A DNA stretch of 64,000 nt from positions 32,001 to 96,000 of the IMG/VR virus record IMGVR_UViG_3300042922_000982. One strand, written 5' to 3'. Position 1 is the stretch's first letter, and the number at the start of each line of letters is the position of its first letter. The DNA comes from a virus. Positions 9,229 through 18,579 of this stretch are shown piece after piece. The notes below the pieces were generated by a model. The model ran no database searches. It was not told the DNA's origin and saw only the letters and a program-made list of their open reading frames with translations. A program made the translations under genes and the position numbers.

Positions 9229-9711
9229 ATGCCCATCACCCCCGCCCCTTGCCCACACGGGCGCGATCGCTACGGCATCTGCCCGGAGTGCAACGCCCTG
9301 TTCGCCGCCCGCCCGGATGTCCGCACCGAGCTGCTGAACCTGAAAGTCCTCGATGAGGCGTCCGCCCCCAACCTGGTCGCGGAGTACGGCTTCTTCCCTG
9401 TCCCGGTCGCCAACGACCCCGACGAGCCGTTTCCGGTCACGCGCGAGATCTGGGCATCGGAGGAGCCGGACGGCTCGTATGACCTCAATTACCAGGAGAA
9501 CGGCGTGGATGCCTGCCCGGCCGACTGGTCGGCCGAGGCGTACCGCGACGGCGACACCTGGGTGGTGCGTCCGCACAGCGCGGGGGCCTTGCGCAACCGC
9601 GAGGAAATTCTTCACGCCGCCACCTACTTCTTCGCCCACGTCACCCGGCACGAGCGCGGCTTGCCGGTCGTCGTGTCGTACCGCAAGCGTCAGGAGGCCC
9701 CCCGTGGATAG
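9229..9711 (+). CDS. hypothetical protein with N-terminal CPH...CPEC
   Basis: Start-associated motif. Confidence 0.8.
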   Translation: MPITPAPCPHGRDRYGICPECNALFAARPDVRTELLNLKVLDEASAPNLVAEYGFFPVPVANDPDEPFPVTREIWASEEPDGSYDLNYQENGVDACPADWSAEAYRDGDTWVVRPHSAGALRNREEILHAATYFFAHVTRHERGLPVVVSYRKRQEAPRG

Positions 9712-10372
9712 CAACTTCTTCTCGCCCGCCCTGGGCGGCACCCCCGATTCCGGCCTGGCGCCTGCTATCGGGGGCGCCAAGGCCGGGGTCACCTGCAAGG
9801 TCTGCCAGCGCCCGCTCACCAGCCCTGAAAGCCGCACGCTCGGCGTGGGGCCCGTGTGCGCGGTGCGCAGCGGCGACACCCGGCTTGAGGTCGGCCCCTA
9901 CAAGGTGCATGGCACGCGCGGCACGACGGCCGACGCGCTCCACGCCTTCACCAGCCGCCTGGACCGCAAGCGCATCCGGCGATTGGTGCTGGTCAGCTTC
10001 AACGAGCCGGACGGCGTGGCGCCGCACGTCTACAGCCACGGCTTCTTGTTCGAGACGGAGGGCGGGCGCTACGAGGTGATCGCCGACGGCTTCGCCTCGG
10101 GCTACGGCGGCACCGGGCCGCACGGGCTGGCCAAGGCGCTTCAGGCGGCCGACACCAGGGGGCTGCCGGACGCGCCGAAGGCCCTGGAGCTTGACGCCGA
10201 GCACGCCAGCGCCCTCTTCAACGGCCACCTCGACCCGCACGAGATCATGCACCTGGCCCGCCCGCTCACCGTGGCGCCGAGCCCGGCGCTCGGCGACTGG
10301 GCCACCTACGTGCCCGGCGCCGCCCCCGCCATCGCCTACCGCCCCGCGCCCGTGCAAGGGCGCCTGCTCTAA
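9704..10372 (+). CDS. DUF6011 Zn-finger domain protein
   Basis: AGGAGG + GTG; CKVCQRPLTSPESRTLGVGPVCA. Confidence 0.8.
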   Translation: MDSNFFSPALGGTPDSGLAPAIGGAKAGVTCKVCQRPLTSPESRTLGVGPVCAVRSGDTRLEVGPYKVHGTRGTTADALHAFTSRLDRKRIRRLVLVSFNEPDGVAPHVYSHGFLFETEGGRYEVIADGFASGYGGTGPHGLAKALQAADTRGLPDAPKALELDAEHASALFNGHLDPHEIMHLARPLTVAPSPALGDWATYVPGAAPAIAYRPAPVQGRLL

Positions 10373-10382
10373 GGAGACCGCT

Positions 10383-11033
10383 ATGACCACCCCCGCCAAG
10401 TCCCGGCCCGCCGCCGACACCACGGCGGCCGACGCCGCCGCGAAAGAGCCGCTGACGCTCGCACCCATGCGCGTCTACCCGGCGCGCCGCATCGACCCCG
10501 GCTTCTGGCTGAAGGGCCGCTACACCGACCAGGACCTGATCGACGCGCTCGACGTCCTGGTCCGCGAGAACGCCAAGCGCATGGGCATCGTGCAGCAGGC
10601 GCTCGACCGCGAGCTGCCGATCGAGGACCCCCACGGGCTCGCCGAGGCCATGAACTGGCTCGATGCGCAGCTGGCGTTCGTCGGCACGCTCAAGAGCCAG
10701 GCCGACGCGCTCTTGGACATCGCCTGCCAGCACTTCCTGCCGGTGCCGGGCCGCTCCGAGATGTGCACCGACGACCAGGGGCGCCCGATCGCCGACTCGA
10801 AGAGCCCGACCAAGGACCCGACCGCCGACAACTTCATCCCCAAGTGGCAGGCGCTCACCGACAACGATCGCCGCACCTACTGCAACGCGCGCAGCGCCCC
10901 CTTCCGATTGCTGCGCGATGAGTACGTGGTGCTTCAGGAGTCCTTGACCGGCCGTTTAATTCGGACGTCGAGCATCATGGGCGAGCTGCGAGCGCGCCAC
11001 CGCGCCGCTGGCGCCTCCGAGCGGCACATGTAA
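10383..11033 (+). CDS. hypothetical helical protein
   Basis: AAGGAG SD. Confidence 0.8.
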   Translation: MTTPAKSRPAADTTAADAAAKEPLTLAPMRVYPARRIDPGFWLKGRYTDQDLIDALDVLVRENAKRMGIVQQALDRELPIEDPHGLAEAMNWLDAQLAFVGTLKSQADALLDIACQHFLPVPGRSEMCTDDQGRPIADSKSPTKDPTADNFIPKWQALTDNDRRTYCNARSAPFRLLRDEYVVLQESLTGRLIRTSSIMGELRARHRAAGASERHM

Positions 11034-11053
11034 AACACACCCGCCGGGGCGTG

Positions 11054-11140
11054 CCCGGTCAAGAATGGTCAAGGGCAAAACCTGACTTTTCTTGACCGGG
11101 GGCAACTTCGGCTCGCCATGCCTTGACCATTCTTGACCGG
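11054..11140. promoter_or_regulatory. perfect 20-bp inverted repeat with a third internal half-site
   Basis: CCGGTCAAGAATGGTCAAGG (11055-11074) / CCTTGACCATTCTTGACCGG (11121-11140); TTCTTGACCGGG at 11089-11100. Confidence 0.8.
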
Positions 11141-11147
11141 AGGCCCT

Positions 11148-11726
11148 ATGGATCCCCTCGCTTTGTACCTTGAAGCCGAGCACAACGAACGGGCGCTCGC
11201 CAACCTGCGGGCCCTGTGCGAGCGATTGCGCCTGGAGCGTGACGCGCTCCGGGCCGAGAACGAGGCCCTGCGGAAAGCCTGGGCGGTGCCGGAAGGCGAC
11301 GACAACGCCCCCGCGCTCGGTGGCCACCGGGCCGTGCCTCCCCCGCCCATGCCGGAGGGTATTGCGGGCGTGAGGGGGGCGGGGCCGATCTACACCGCGC
11401 AGGGCGCCTTGCCGAACGGCGGCGGCGGCTCGGGCGGCGTTGTGACCGTGAACGACCTCAACGCCGCCGAGCGCCGGGTGCGCGCGGCCGTCACCTCGGG
11501 CACCATGACGATGGCCGAGGCGCGGCAAGTCTACACGATCGCCGGGCCGCTGGACGAGGAGGACGAGGCGGCGCGCGCGGCCCAGATGGCGATCGCGCAT
11601 GTGGCCCGTCAGCGCAAGGTCGTCGCGGGCATCGTGCGCGGCGTGATCCACGAGTACGCCGCCGCCGTACTCGATCGCCTTGGCTGGGTGCCCGCCGTCT
11701 ACTGGCGGCACATCGCGGACCTGTAG
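11148..11726 (+). CDS. hypothetical protein with N-terminal coiled coil
   Basis: GGAGG SD overlapping the right arm of the inverted repeat. Confidence 0.75.
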   Translation: MDPLALYLEAEHNERALANLRALCERLRLERDALRAENEALRKAWAVPEGDDNAPALGGHRAVPPPPMPEGIAGVRGAGPIYTAQGALPNGGGGSGGVVTVNDLNAAERRVRAAVTSGTMTMAEARQVYTIAGPLDEEDEAARAAQMAIAHVARQRKVVAGIVRGVIHEYAAAVLDRLGWVPAVYWRHIADL

Positions 11727-11744
11727 GGTGCCGGTGGGCCCCCA

Positions 11745-11782
11745 GGAACGGTTTTTTCAGGCCCTGGATAGTAGAGAGTAGG
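11745..11782 (+). promoter_or_regulatory. cassette promoter motif, copy 5
   Basis: GGAAC-N16-GGATA-N9-AGG. Confidence 0.8.
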
Positions 11783-11853
11783 GGGAGGGCGCGTGCCCGC
11801 CCCCACCGCCAACCACCCCGCAAGGGTGTGTATCGTTGAACAGGAGAACCGCC

Positions 11854-12750
11854 ATGTCCCTCACCGATTTCATCAAGGACGCGCTCACCCAGGACCGCCT
11901 GGAGGACGACGTCGAAACCATCCTCAACGGCATGAACGGCCGCGAGCTGCTCGGCCACAGCGAGAACGTCAAGGAGGTGCTCATCGAGGCGTTCCGCGAC
12001 GACATCGAGGCCGAGTACGTCACGACGACCCTCCAGGTGATCAACCGCGTGGACGATCGGCTCAAGCCCTTCGGCTACCGGCTGATTCAGGAGCACACGG
12101 CCCCTGCGGACGCCAACGACGATCAAGACGCCGAGCTGGCGTACGTGCGCCTGGTCGACCGCACCAACCCGGACGGCCCCTACGAGTTCGTCAAGGCGAT
12201 CGACGCGGACGCGTTCGACAACGACTACGCCGGGCTCTACGGCTTGATCGAGCGCGCCGAGACCTTCTTCAACCAGGCCCAGCGGCTGGAGCGGCTCGAC
12301 ACGCGGCTCGACGCCCTGGGGGTCGAGCTGAAGCGCGACTTCCGCATCGGCGGCGTGACCGTGCCCCTCGCGATCGTCAAGGTGATCACGGCGCTCGATG
12401 CGTACGCCCTGGTCATGGGCTGCGACACCGTCGACTCGCTGGAGAACGGCATCACGCTCCTCGAGGACAGCCGGACCACCCTCACCTACGCCGAGCGGAT
12501 GCGCAAGCTCGACGAGACGGCCGGGGCGCTCGGGGTGGTCGTGCGCACCGACCACACGGCCATCGATCGCGAGTACCCCTTCGCGGTGCTCGCGCGGGTG
12601 TGCGGCACGGAGGCGTTCGTGATCGGATTCGACAACCTGGGCGCCATCGAGGTCTGGCTCGCCGCGCGCCTGCACGAGCGCACTAGCAAGGCGGGCGTCA
12701 CCTTCCCCGGCTCGCCCGGCGAGCCGGTCGCCCAGCGCACCACCCTCTAA
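11854..12750 (+). CDS. hypothetical protein with about 3 internal repeats
   Basis: Start-associated motif; RVDDRLKPFGYRL / RLDTRLDALGVEL / KLDETAGALGVVV. Confidence 0.8.
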   Translation: MSLTDFIKDALTQDRLEDDVETILNGMNGRELLGHSENVKEVLIEAFRDDIEAEYVTTTLQVINRVDDRLKPFGYRLIQEHTAPADANDDQDAELAYVRLVDRTNPDGPYEFVKAIDADAFDNDYAGLYGLIERAETFFNQAQRLERLDTRLDALGVELKRDFRIGGVTVPLAIVKVITALDAYALVMGCDTVDSLENGITLLEDSRTTLTYAERMRKLDETAGALGVVVRTDHTAIDREYPFAVLARVCGTEAFVIGFDNLGAIEVWLAARLHERTSKAGVTFPGSPGEPVAQRTTL

Positions 12751-12812
12751 CCCCCTACCCCCATCATCCCCGGCCGAGGCGATCGGCCGGGGCATCGCCA
12801 AAGGAGCCACCC

Positions 12813-13289
12813 ATGACCACCAGCAACCTGCCCGAACGCATCGACGCGCTCGCCGCCAAGGTGTCCCGCCTGGGCGCCTACGACTTCACTCCCGACTTCG
12901 CGCACGACGACGGCGTGGCCGCCTTCGCCATCACGCGGACCATCTTCGGGGCCCAGGGCCCGGTCAAGACGCCCGTCTGGATGGGCGACACCATCGAGGC
13001 GGCCGAGTACGCGGCCACCCAATTCCAGGCGGGCCTGGTGCGCGCCTACCACGAGTCGCGGATCACCGACCTGAAGCTCGACCTCGCGCGGCTCGGCATG
13101 GTGCTGATCGAGAAGTACCGCTGCCCGAACACCAAGGTCCTGCACCCCTGGGCGGCGATCGCCCACCTGGGCACGCAAGCCTGGCCGGTGGACTACTTCA
13201 CCGACCTCAATCAGGTGGAGGTCGCCGCGCGCGCCTGGGCCGCCGACGCGCCGGTGCCCTACACGCAGGCCCCCGCCGATGCCGGTTAA
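12813..13289 (+). CDS. hypothetical protein, probable paralog of the upstream repeat protein
   Basis: AAGGAG SD; two similar units. Confidence 0.75.
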   Translation: MTTSNLPERIDALAAKVSRLGAYDFTPDFAHDDGVAAFAITRTIFGAQGPVKTPVWMGDTIEAAEYAATQFQAGLVRAYHESRITDLKLDLARLGMVLIEKYRCPNTKVLHPWAAIAHLGTQAWPVDYFTDLNQVEVAARAWAADAPVPYTQAPADAG

Positions 13290-13899
13290 GCCGATGGCCG
13301 CCAAGAAGGCTGCGCGGGGCAAGCCGCGCCTGGTGGCGCTCACCGGGGCGCCCTACTTCCGCAAGCTCGCGGGCGCCAACCACCGCTGGTTCTGGGTGCC
13401 CATCAAGGGCCGCTGGAGCTACATGGATCGCTCGCACTCGATCGACCCGACGCGCGGCACCTGGGGCGGGATTCCGTTCACGGGGATCACGCCGCTCGCC
13501 GATCGGTTCTTGCCCGCGCGGACCCTGCTCGTGACCGACGTGTCGGGGCCGGGCACCGTCTACAAGACGGTCAAGCGGCGGGGGCTGTTCTACGCGGCCA
13601 AGCCCAACCAGGAGATCGTGAGCGTGAGCTGGGGCCTTGACGGCTACTGGTTCAAGGCGCTCATGACCCGGCGCGGCACCTACTGGCACGGGCACATCAT
13701 CCAATGGTTCCGCGAGCACGGCGTCGAGCCCCAGCGCGGCTTTGACGAGACGCGCCCCAGCCGCAACGCCCAGCTGATCTACTCGACGCGGACGGGCAAG
13801 CTGCTCGCGATAGACAGCCAGCCGCGCGTGTTCCGCATGCGGCTCCACACCCTGCCGGGCGTGGAGCTTCCCGGCGCCCGCCCCGTGATGGACGGCTAG
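13279..13899 (+). CDS. hypothetical basic, aromatic-rich protein
   Basis: Overlapping co-oriented ORF; TAG abuts copy 6. Confidence 0.75.
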   Translation: MPVKPMAAKKAARGKPRLVALTGAPYFRKLAGANHRWFWVPIKGRWSYMDRSHSIDPTRGTWGGIPFTGITPLADRFLPARTLLVTDVSGPGTVYKTVKRRGLFYAAKPNQEIVSVSWGLDGYWFKALMTRRGTYWHGHIIQWFREHGVEPQRGFDETRPSRNAQLIYSTRTGKLLAIDSQPRVFRMRLHTLPGVELPGARPVMDG

Positions 13900-13908
13900 G
13901 GCCGGTTC

Positions 13909-13946
13909 GGAACGGTTTTTCACCCACCCGGATAGCGGGGGTCAGG
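13909..13946 (+). promoter_or_regulatory. cassette promoter motif, copy 6 (divergent flanks)
   Basis: GGAAC-N16-GGATA-N9-AGG retained. Confidence 0.7.
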
Positions 13947-14053
13947 CACGCGCCTGGCCCCCGTTGCGCTACCCCCACCGCTAGAAGGAGCCCCCATGAC
14001 GCACCCTTGCATCCCCCGCCCCCACCCCGTCCTCGCCGGAAAGGAGGCCCCCG

Positions 14054-14239
14054 ATGGCCAGCAACAAAAAACGTAGCCCCATCACGGCCGATCGCGTGTT
14101 CGGCGCGCTCGAATCTCACGGCCCCATGTCGGCGGCCGAAATCGCCCTGGCCCTCGGCCACGGCCGCTCCGGAGTACCCGCCGTCACCGCCGCGCTCACC
14201 GCGCTCGACCAGGAGGACCTCATCCAATGGCAAAGTTGA
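14054..14239 (+). CDS. small winged-HTH-like protein
   Basis: AGGAGG SD; VFGALESHGPMSAAEIALALG...VTAALTALDQEDLI. Confidence 0.6.
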   Translation: MASNKKRSPITADRVFGALESHGPMSAAEIALALGHGRSGVPAVTAALTALDQEDLIQWQS

Positions 14240-14295
14240 TCTTTCTGACAACCCTCACGGCTATAATTGAACCGCGCTCGAAAGTGGAGGCGGTC

Positions 14296-14610
14296 ATGTC
14301 TACAATGGATGTCATCAAGGTTCGCACGGACGCGAACCCGGCCAAGGTGGCCGGGGCGATCGCCAAGGCGATCCGCAAACTGGATTACAACCCGGTCGGG
14401 CAGGTGGAGGTGCGCGCCGTCGGCGAGCGCGCCACGTACCTGGCCAGCCGGGCCATCGAGAAGGCGCGCGGCTTCTTGGCGGACGAGGCGCCCGACGGCT
14501 ACGAGCTGTCGACGTCGATCGTCTCCGAGTGCGTCGAGCTTTCCGGCAAGGACAACCTGACGATCGTCTTCCAGCTCGGCTGGCAGCAGAAAAGGAATGA
14601 GGTGGCATAA
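14296..14610 (+). CDS. spoVS: SpoVS-family (Alba-like) protein
   Basis: MDVIKVRTDANPAKVAGAIA...VEVRAVGERATYLASRAIEKARGFLA matches the SpoVS pattern; TATAAT at 14262 and GGAGG SD. Confidence 0.85.
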   Translation: MSTMDVIKVRTDANPAKVAGAIAKAIRKLDYNPVGQVEVRAVGERATYLASRAIEKARGFLADEAPDGYELSTSIVSECVELSGKDNLTIVFQLGWQQKRNEVA

Positions 14611-15032
14611 TGGCCTGGACAATGAACGAACAAGACGGGCACTACGAGCCCGACGGGCACCCCTTCGAGGCGCCCGCCGACTCCTTCGAGCGCGTCTACA
14701 ACCACCGCCTGGCGGTGGACCCCGAGGGCACCAAAGACGCGGTTCATGACCCGCACAACGGCTGGCCCATCTCGATGCGCGCCTTCACCACCAAGCCCGC
14801 CACCAAGCACCTGCGCGCGGTGATGAACCAGTTTTTCGAGGACCGCTACCAGCACGCGGCCCTCGAGGCCGGTAACAGCCCCGAGGAGCTGGACACCCTC
14901 GCCAAGCGCCTGCTCGCCTTCGCGGCCATGGACGGCCTCCCCGTCACCGACCGCGAGCGCACGCTCGCCGAGCGCCTGGGCGTCGACCTCTCGGGCGCCC
15001 CGCGCGAGCAAGAGGCCCCGAAGGGCTACTAG
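14610..15032 (+). CDS. hypothetical protein
   Basis: TAATG coupling to spoVS. Confidence 0.8.
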   Translation: MAWTMNEQDGHYEPDGHPFEAPADSFERVYNHRLAVDPEGTKDAVHDPHNGWPISMRAFTTKPATKHLRAVMNQFFEDRYQHAALEAGNSPEELDTLAKRLLAFAAMDGLPVTDRERTLAERLGVDLSGAPREQEAPKGY

Positions 15033-15044
15033 CGCCAACCAGCC

Positions 15045-15078
15045 GGGCCCCGGCCGCACTTGCGGCCGGGGCCCTTTT
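15045..15078 (+). terminator. intrinsic terminator
   Basis: GGGCCCCGGCCGCA/TGCGGCCGGGGCCC followed by TTTT. Confidence 0.7.
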
Positions 15079-15179
15079 GGTGCTCGGCGCAAACATTCTT
15101 TACCGCCACCCCCTCCCCGCCGGGGCGCATGGTTGCTACCATGCGGGACCGCCTCCCCCATCGCTTCAGGAGTACCGCC

Positions 15180-15596
15180 ATGACCGCCCACATCCCCTTA
15201 CTCGCCGATCACAAGGACGCCGTCGGGCGATTGTGCAACCTCGGATTCCGGCTGCAACGCGCCAACGCGGCGCTGCGCGAGTTCCTCGGCATGGTGACTG
15301 GCACCACCCCCGCCAGGGCCGCCTTCGAGCTGCGCGGCGATCGCCCGCGCCACTTCAGCGACGTGACCATGACCGTCAGCTTCACCTCGCCCGAGGGCGC
15401 CGACCCGGCCGCCTGGTCCCGTTCGGTGGTGTCGCTTCTGCCCTCCGGGCTGCGCGTCGAGGCCGAGCGGCGCCTGGGCCGCACCACGCACCTGGTCCTG
15501 GCGCCCGACGGCGCGAGCGGCGCCTACTTCGTGACGATGGTCTGCGACCTCGCCGACGGGCTCTACATGCGCAAGATCCGCGACAAGAAGGCTTGA
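15180..15596 (+). CDS. hypothetical protein
   Basis: AGGAGTACCGCC-ATG; TGcTACCAT at 15134. Confidence 0.75.
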   Translation: MTAHIPLLADHKDAVGRLCNLGFRLQRANAALREFLGMVTGTTPARAAFELRGDRPRHFSDVTMTVSFTSPEGADPAAWSRSVVSLLPSGLRVEAERRLGRTTHLVLAPDGASGAYFVTMVCDLADGLYMRKIRDKKA

Positions 15597-15674
15597 TAGG
15601 GGCAAGCACCTCGACCATGATGGGCATGACGCCCGTCGACGACGGCCCCCCGTTGCCGGGCCGAGGTGCCCCCC

Positions 15675-15911
15675 ATGAGTCATTCGGCCCCACTCGGCAT
15701 GTCTTGGATCGTGAGCGTGCATGACGCCAAGCGCACGCACCTGGCCCCCACCGGCCGCCAATCCCGCACCGAGTCCCACGCGCGCCAGCCGATCTGCGAG
15801 CAATTCATCGATCGCACGCGGATCGTCCCGGCGCCCAAGCTCCCCAAGTGTCCCGACTGCCTCGCCACGCTGGCCTCCAAGGCCCGCGCGCGCAGGTGGG
15901 TCGGGTCGTAA
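15675..15911 (+). CDS. small H-C-CxxC Zn-finger protein
   Basis: GAGG SD; RTHLAP...PIC...KCPDC. Confidence 0.6.
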   Translation: MSHSAPLGMSWIVSVHDAKRTHLAPTGRQSRTESHARQPICEQFIDRTRIVPAPKLPKCPDCLATLASKARARRWVGS

Positions 15912-15967
15912 CCCGGAATCGCACCGCCAAGGCCCCGCGTGGGCCGCACAGCACGAAAGGAACCGCC

Positions 15968-16678
15968 ATGAGCACCCCCGCCCCCATCCCCGTCGTCACC
16001 GAGCCGCCCGTTGTCACCATGCGCCCCTACCTGGACGGCGGGACGCACTTCCACGTCGACCTGGAGAGCGATCGCCCCGGCGGGACGACCATGCACCTGA
16101 CCTCGTTCTGGACGCTCGCCGAGTGCGAGGCGTTCCTGGCCCGCGCGCGCGCGCTCACCGGCTGGGCGATCGCCTGGAAGCCCGAGGTTCCGGCCGCCGT
16201 GCCGCTCGATGAGCACCAGAAGGGGCCGGTCGACCCGGTGGTGCAGCCGTTCCACGCCGGGCACGACGTGGCGACCCTGGAGCTTCGCGCCTACCCCCGG
16301 CCGGGTAAGGCGTTCGGCCTCCAGCTGATCAACCGCGAGCAGGTGATCGAGTGCACGGGTATCTGGAACCGCGATTTGCTCGACCAGTGGCTGGCAAGTT
16401 TCAACGCCGTCACCGGCCTGCCCGCCTTCTTGTTCGATCAGCCCTTCGAGCCCGCCGCCAAGGTGGGCAACCCCGAGCGCAAGCGCATCTTCGGGGTGGC
16501 CGGGCGCATGGGGGTCGACAAGGAGGTGCTGCGCAAGGCCATCCACGACCGCTTCAGCGTCGAGTCGACCAACGACCTCACGGCCCTGCAAGCCAACCTG
16601 GTCGTCTTCGAGCTCATCCCCGAGCTGGCTGCCTCGAAGCTGCCCGCAGTGGAAGCGCCCGAGGTGACCCATGGCTAG
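15968..16678 (+). CDS. hypothetical protein with C-terminal GemA/DUF1018-like helical domain
   Basis: RIFGVAGRMGVDKEVLRKAIHDRFSVESTNDLTALQANLVV pattern. Confidence 0.55.
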   Translation: MSTPAPIPVVTEPPVVTMRPYLDGGTHFHVDLESDRPGGTTMHLTSFWTLAECEAFLARARALTGWAIAWKPEVPAAVPLDEHQKGPVDPVVQPFHAGHDVATLELRAYPRPGKAFGLQLINREQVIECTGIWNRDLLDQWLASFNAVTGLPAFLFDQPFEPAAKVGNPERKRIFGVAGRMGVDKEVLRKAIHDRFSVESTNDLTALQANLVVFELIPELAASKLPAVEAPEVTHG

Positions 16679-17015
16679 TGTGTTCAGCCAGGCCCTGAGC
16701 CACATGGCGCCCCAGTGCGTGACCATGTACGACGGGAGCGGCAGGCAGTACCATGCCCTGCTCGCGCTCTACGATCGGGCGATCGCGATCGAGGGCATCC
16801 CCGGCCCCGATGCGCCGCCGCATGGCGCGCCGACGGTGGAGCAGGTGGTCCTGCACCTGATCCGCGAGGCCCAAAAGGTCGAAAGCCCGCCATCTTTCGA
16901 CTCCGAGGTGGGGGTCGCGGCGTACCGCAAGGCCGTCCAGGCCGAGCAGAACCTGCGCTACCTGTTCGGTGAGCAGGCCGAGATCCTGGTCACGGCCCAG
17001 GCCATGGTGACGTAG
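16671..17015 (+). CDS. hypothetical protein
   Basis: Overlapping co-oriented ORF, GAGG SD. Confidence 0.75.
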   Translation: MASVFSQALSHMAPQCVTMYDGSGRQYHALLALYDRAIAIEGIPGPDAPPHGAPTVEQVVLHLIREAQKVESPPSFDSEVGVAAYRKAVQAEQNLRYLFGEQAEILVTAQAMVT

Positions 17016-17017
17016 CC

Positions 17018-17287
17018 GTGGCGATCGCCATCACCCACGCGAAGGGGAGCAAGCCCGCCTCGGCGGGCGCGCCGTTCACGGTGACGGTCGCGTTCGAGTG
17101 CGACACCGAGGGCGAGTCCTACCGCCTCGCCGAGCTATTCAAGCTGGGCGAGGGCTTCGAACGAACCCTCGACGCCCTGGTGGCGCTGTCTCGCGACGGC
17201 GCCGCCCTCGATGCCCTGCTTGCCACCTGGCAGGAGGTGCGCGGGCTTGCGGGGCCCCCAGGAACGGTTTTTCACCCGCCTGGATAG
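17018..17287 (+). CDS. hypothetical protein; C-terminus (GPPGTVFHPPG) encoded by cassette copy 7
   Basis: Stop is the TAG of GGATAG. Confidence 0.65.
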   Translation: MAIAITHAKGSKPASAGAPFTVTVAFECDTEGESYRLAELFKLGEGFERTLDALVALSRDGAALDALLATWQEVRGLAGPPGTVFHPPG

Positions 17288-17298
17288 TAGACAGTAGG
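17261..17298 (+). promoter_or_regulatory. cassette promoter motif, copy 7
   Basis: GGAAC-N16-GGATA-N9-AGG followed by GCAA-loop hairpin. Confidence 0.8.
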
Positions 17299-17360
17299 GA
17301 GGGGCTACCGGGCAACCGGCGGCCCCTCCTCCGTCACCCCCATCGCCCAAGGAGAACCCC

Positions 17361-17657
17361 ATGCAGAACCACGCCATCCCCACCCCCAACGACTCGCTCG
17401 CCCCCGTGATCGCGGGCCCGGCGCGCGCCGTGCCGCGCTTGTCGATCGCCGCGCTGCTCGCCGCCCGTGAGGCCAAGAAGGCCAACGGCCCCTGGGTGCC
17501 CGCCTGCGGCGGCACCGAGACGCCCTTCACGAGCCGGTCGGGCAAGGTGCTGCTCTACTGCTACCAGGCCACCACGGGCCGCCACGCCTACCTCGATTGT
17601 GGCACGGACCTCATCCTCACCGATGAGGAGGCCCGCGCCGCCCTGATGCTGTACTAG
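17361..17657 (+). CDS. conserved phage hypothetical protein
   Basis: AAGGAG SD; WVPACGGTETPF...LLYCYQ..TGRHAYLD. Confidence 0.8.
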   Translation: MQNHAIPTPNDSLAPVIAGPARAVPRLSIAALLAAREAKKANGPWVPACGGTETPFTSRSGKVLLYCYQATTGRHAYLDCGTDLILTDEEARAALMLY

Positions 17658-17666
17658 GAGCCCGCC

Positions 17667-18224
17667 ATGAGCACCTACTCAACCCCCACCCTCCCCAACC
17701 AGGGCGAGGCGCGCCGCTTGATCGACGCGGCCATGATCGCGTGCACCAAGGCGACGGCCGCCACGGCCACGGCGCTCGCCAACAGCGCCATGGCCTTCGA
17801 GTGGACCGGCACGATCGAGGGCCACCGGGCCTACGTGTTCGACAAGGACACCGACGGCGCGCGCATCTACCTCTTCGGCGCGGTCGGCGCCTGGCACGCC
17901 TACCTGCCGATGGGCTGGCTCAACCCGACGCCCATGTTCGGCGACGACCCCGAGGCGCTCGTCGCCGCCGCCTTCGCCGGGCGGCCCGACGCGCGCGAGC
18001 TGGCAGGGGCGTTCGGTGAGGCGCGGCGGCTCTCAAGGAGCAAGCCGGACGGCACCTTCGCCGACGCCTACATCGTGCGCGATCCCGCCGGGCGCTGGAC
18101 GGCCTGCGACTTCGGCTACTTGCTGGAGCAGCGCATCACCGCCGAGCGCGTGGCCTACACCTGGCGCCTGGGCGGCATGCGACCCGGCTACATCGCGCCG
18201 AACACAGCCTTCCCCTCGATCTAA
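17667..18224 (+). CDS. hypothetical protein
   Basis: AGGAG SD. Confidence 0.8.
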   Translation: MSTYSTPTLPNQGEARRLIDAAMIACTKATAATATALANSAMAFEWTGTIEGHRAYVFDKDTDGARIYLFGAVGAWHAYLPMGWLNPTPMFGDDPEALVAAAFAGRPDARELAGAFGEARRLSRSKPDGTFADAYIVRDPAGRWTACDFGYLLEQRITAERVAYTWRLGGMRPGYIAPNTAFPSI

Positions 18225-18281
18225 CCCCCCACCCCCGCCGCCCGGTTCGCCGGGCGGCTTCTCACGACAAGGAGAACCGCC

Positions 18282-18575
18282 ATGACTACCGTTCGCCAGA
18301 TGAAACAACTGCTCGCGGCCTACCCCGACGACGCCAAGGTCGTGATCGTCTACCAGCCGAGCTACCCGATGATGTCCGGCATCTCGGGCGTCGCCGACAA
18401 CATCGCCTGCGCGCAGGCCGAGCTGGACGAGTACGGCCCCGACGACGATGACGACGAGGACGCGGAGCCCGCCGCGCCCCCCGCGCTGCCCACGACGGTC
18501 GACACGGTCTACATCGCCGCGTCCGGCGGCAACACGTACGCGCCTGCGGGCGTCTACAACGCGGTCAGGAGCTAG
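18282..18575 (+). CDS. conserved small acidic phage protein (TVRQMKQLLAAYPDDAKV..YQPSYP)
   Basis: Start-associated motif. Confidence 0.8.
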   Translation: MTTVRQMKQLLAAYPDDAKVVIVYQPSYPMMSGISGVADNIACAQAELDEYGPDDDDDEDAEPAAPPALPTTVDTVYIAASGGNTYAPAGVYNAVRS

Positions 18576-18579
18576 AGCG

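Noticed and set aside
10383-11033. UvsY-like recombination mediator
   Set aside because: Only a vague helical resemblance; cannot be supported without a profile search.
13996-14076. 26-aa ORF behind cassette copy 6
   Set aside because: Has an SD but is very short and overlaps the next gene; possibly a remnant, not supportable as a gene.
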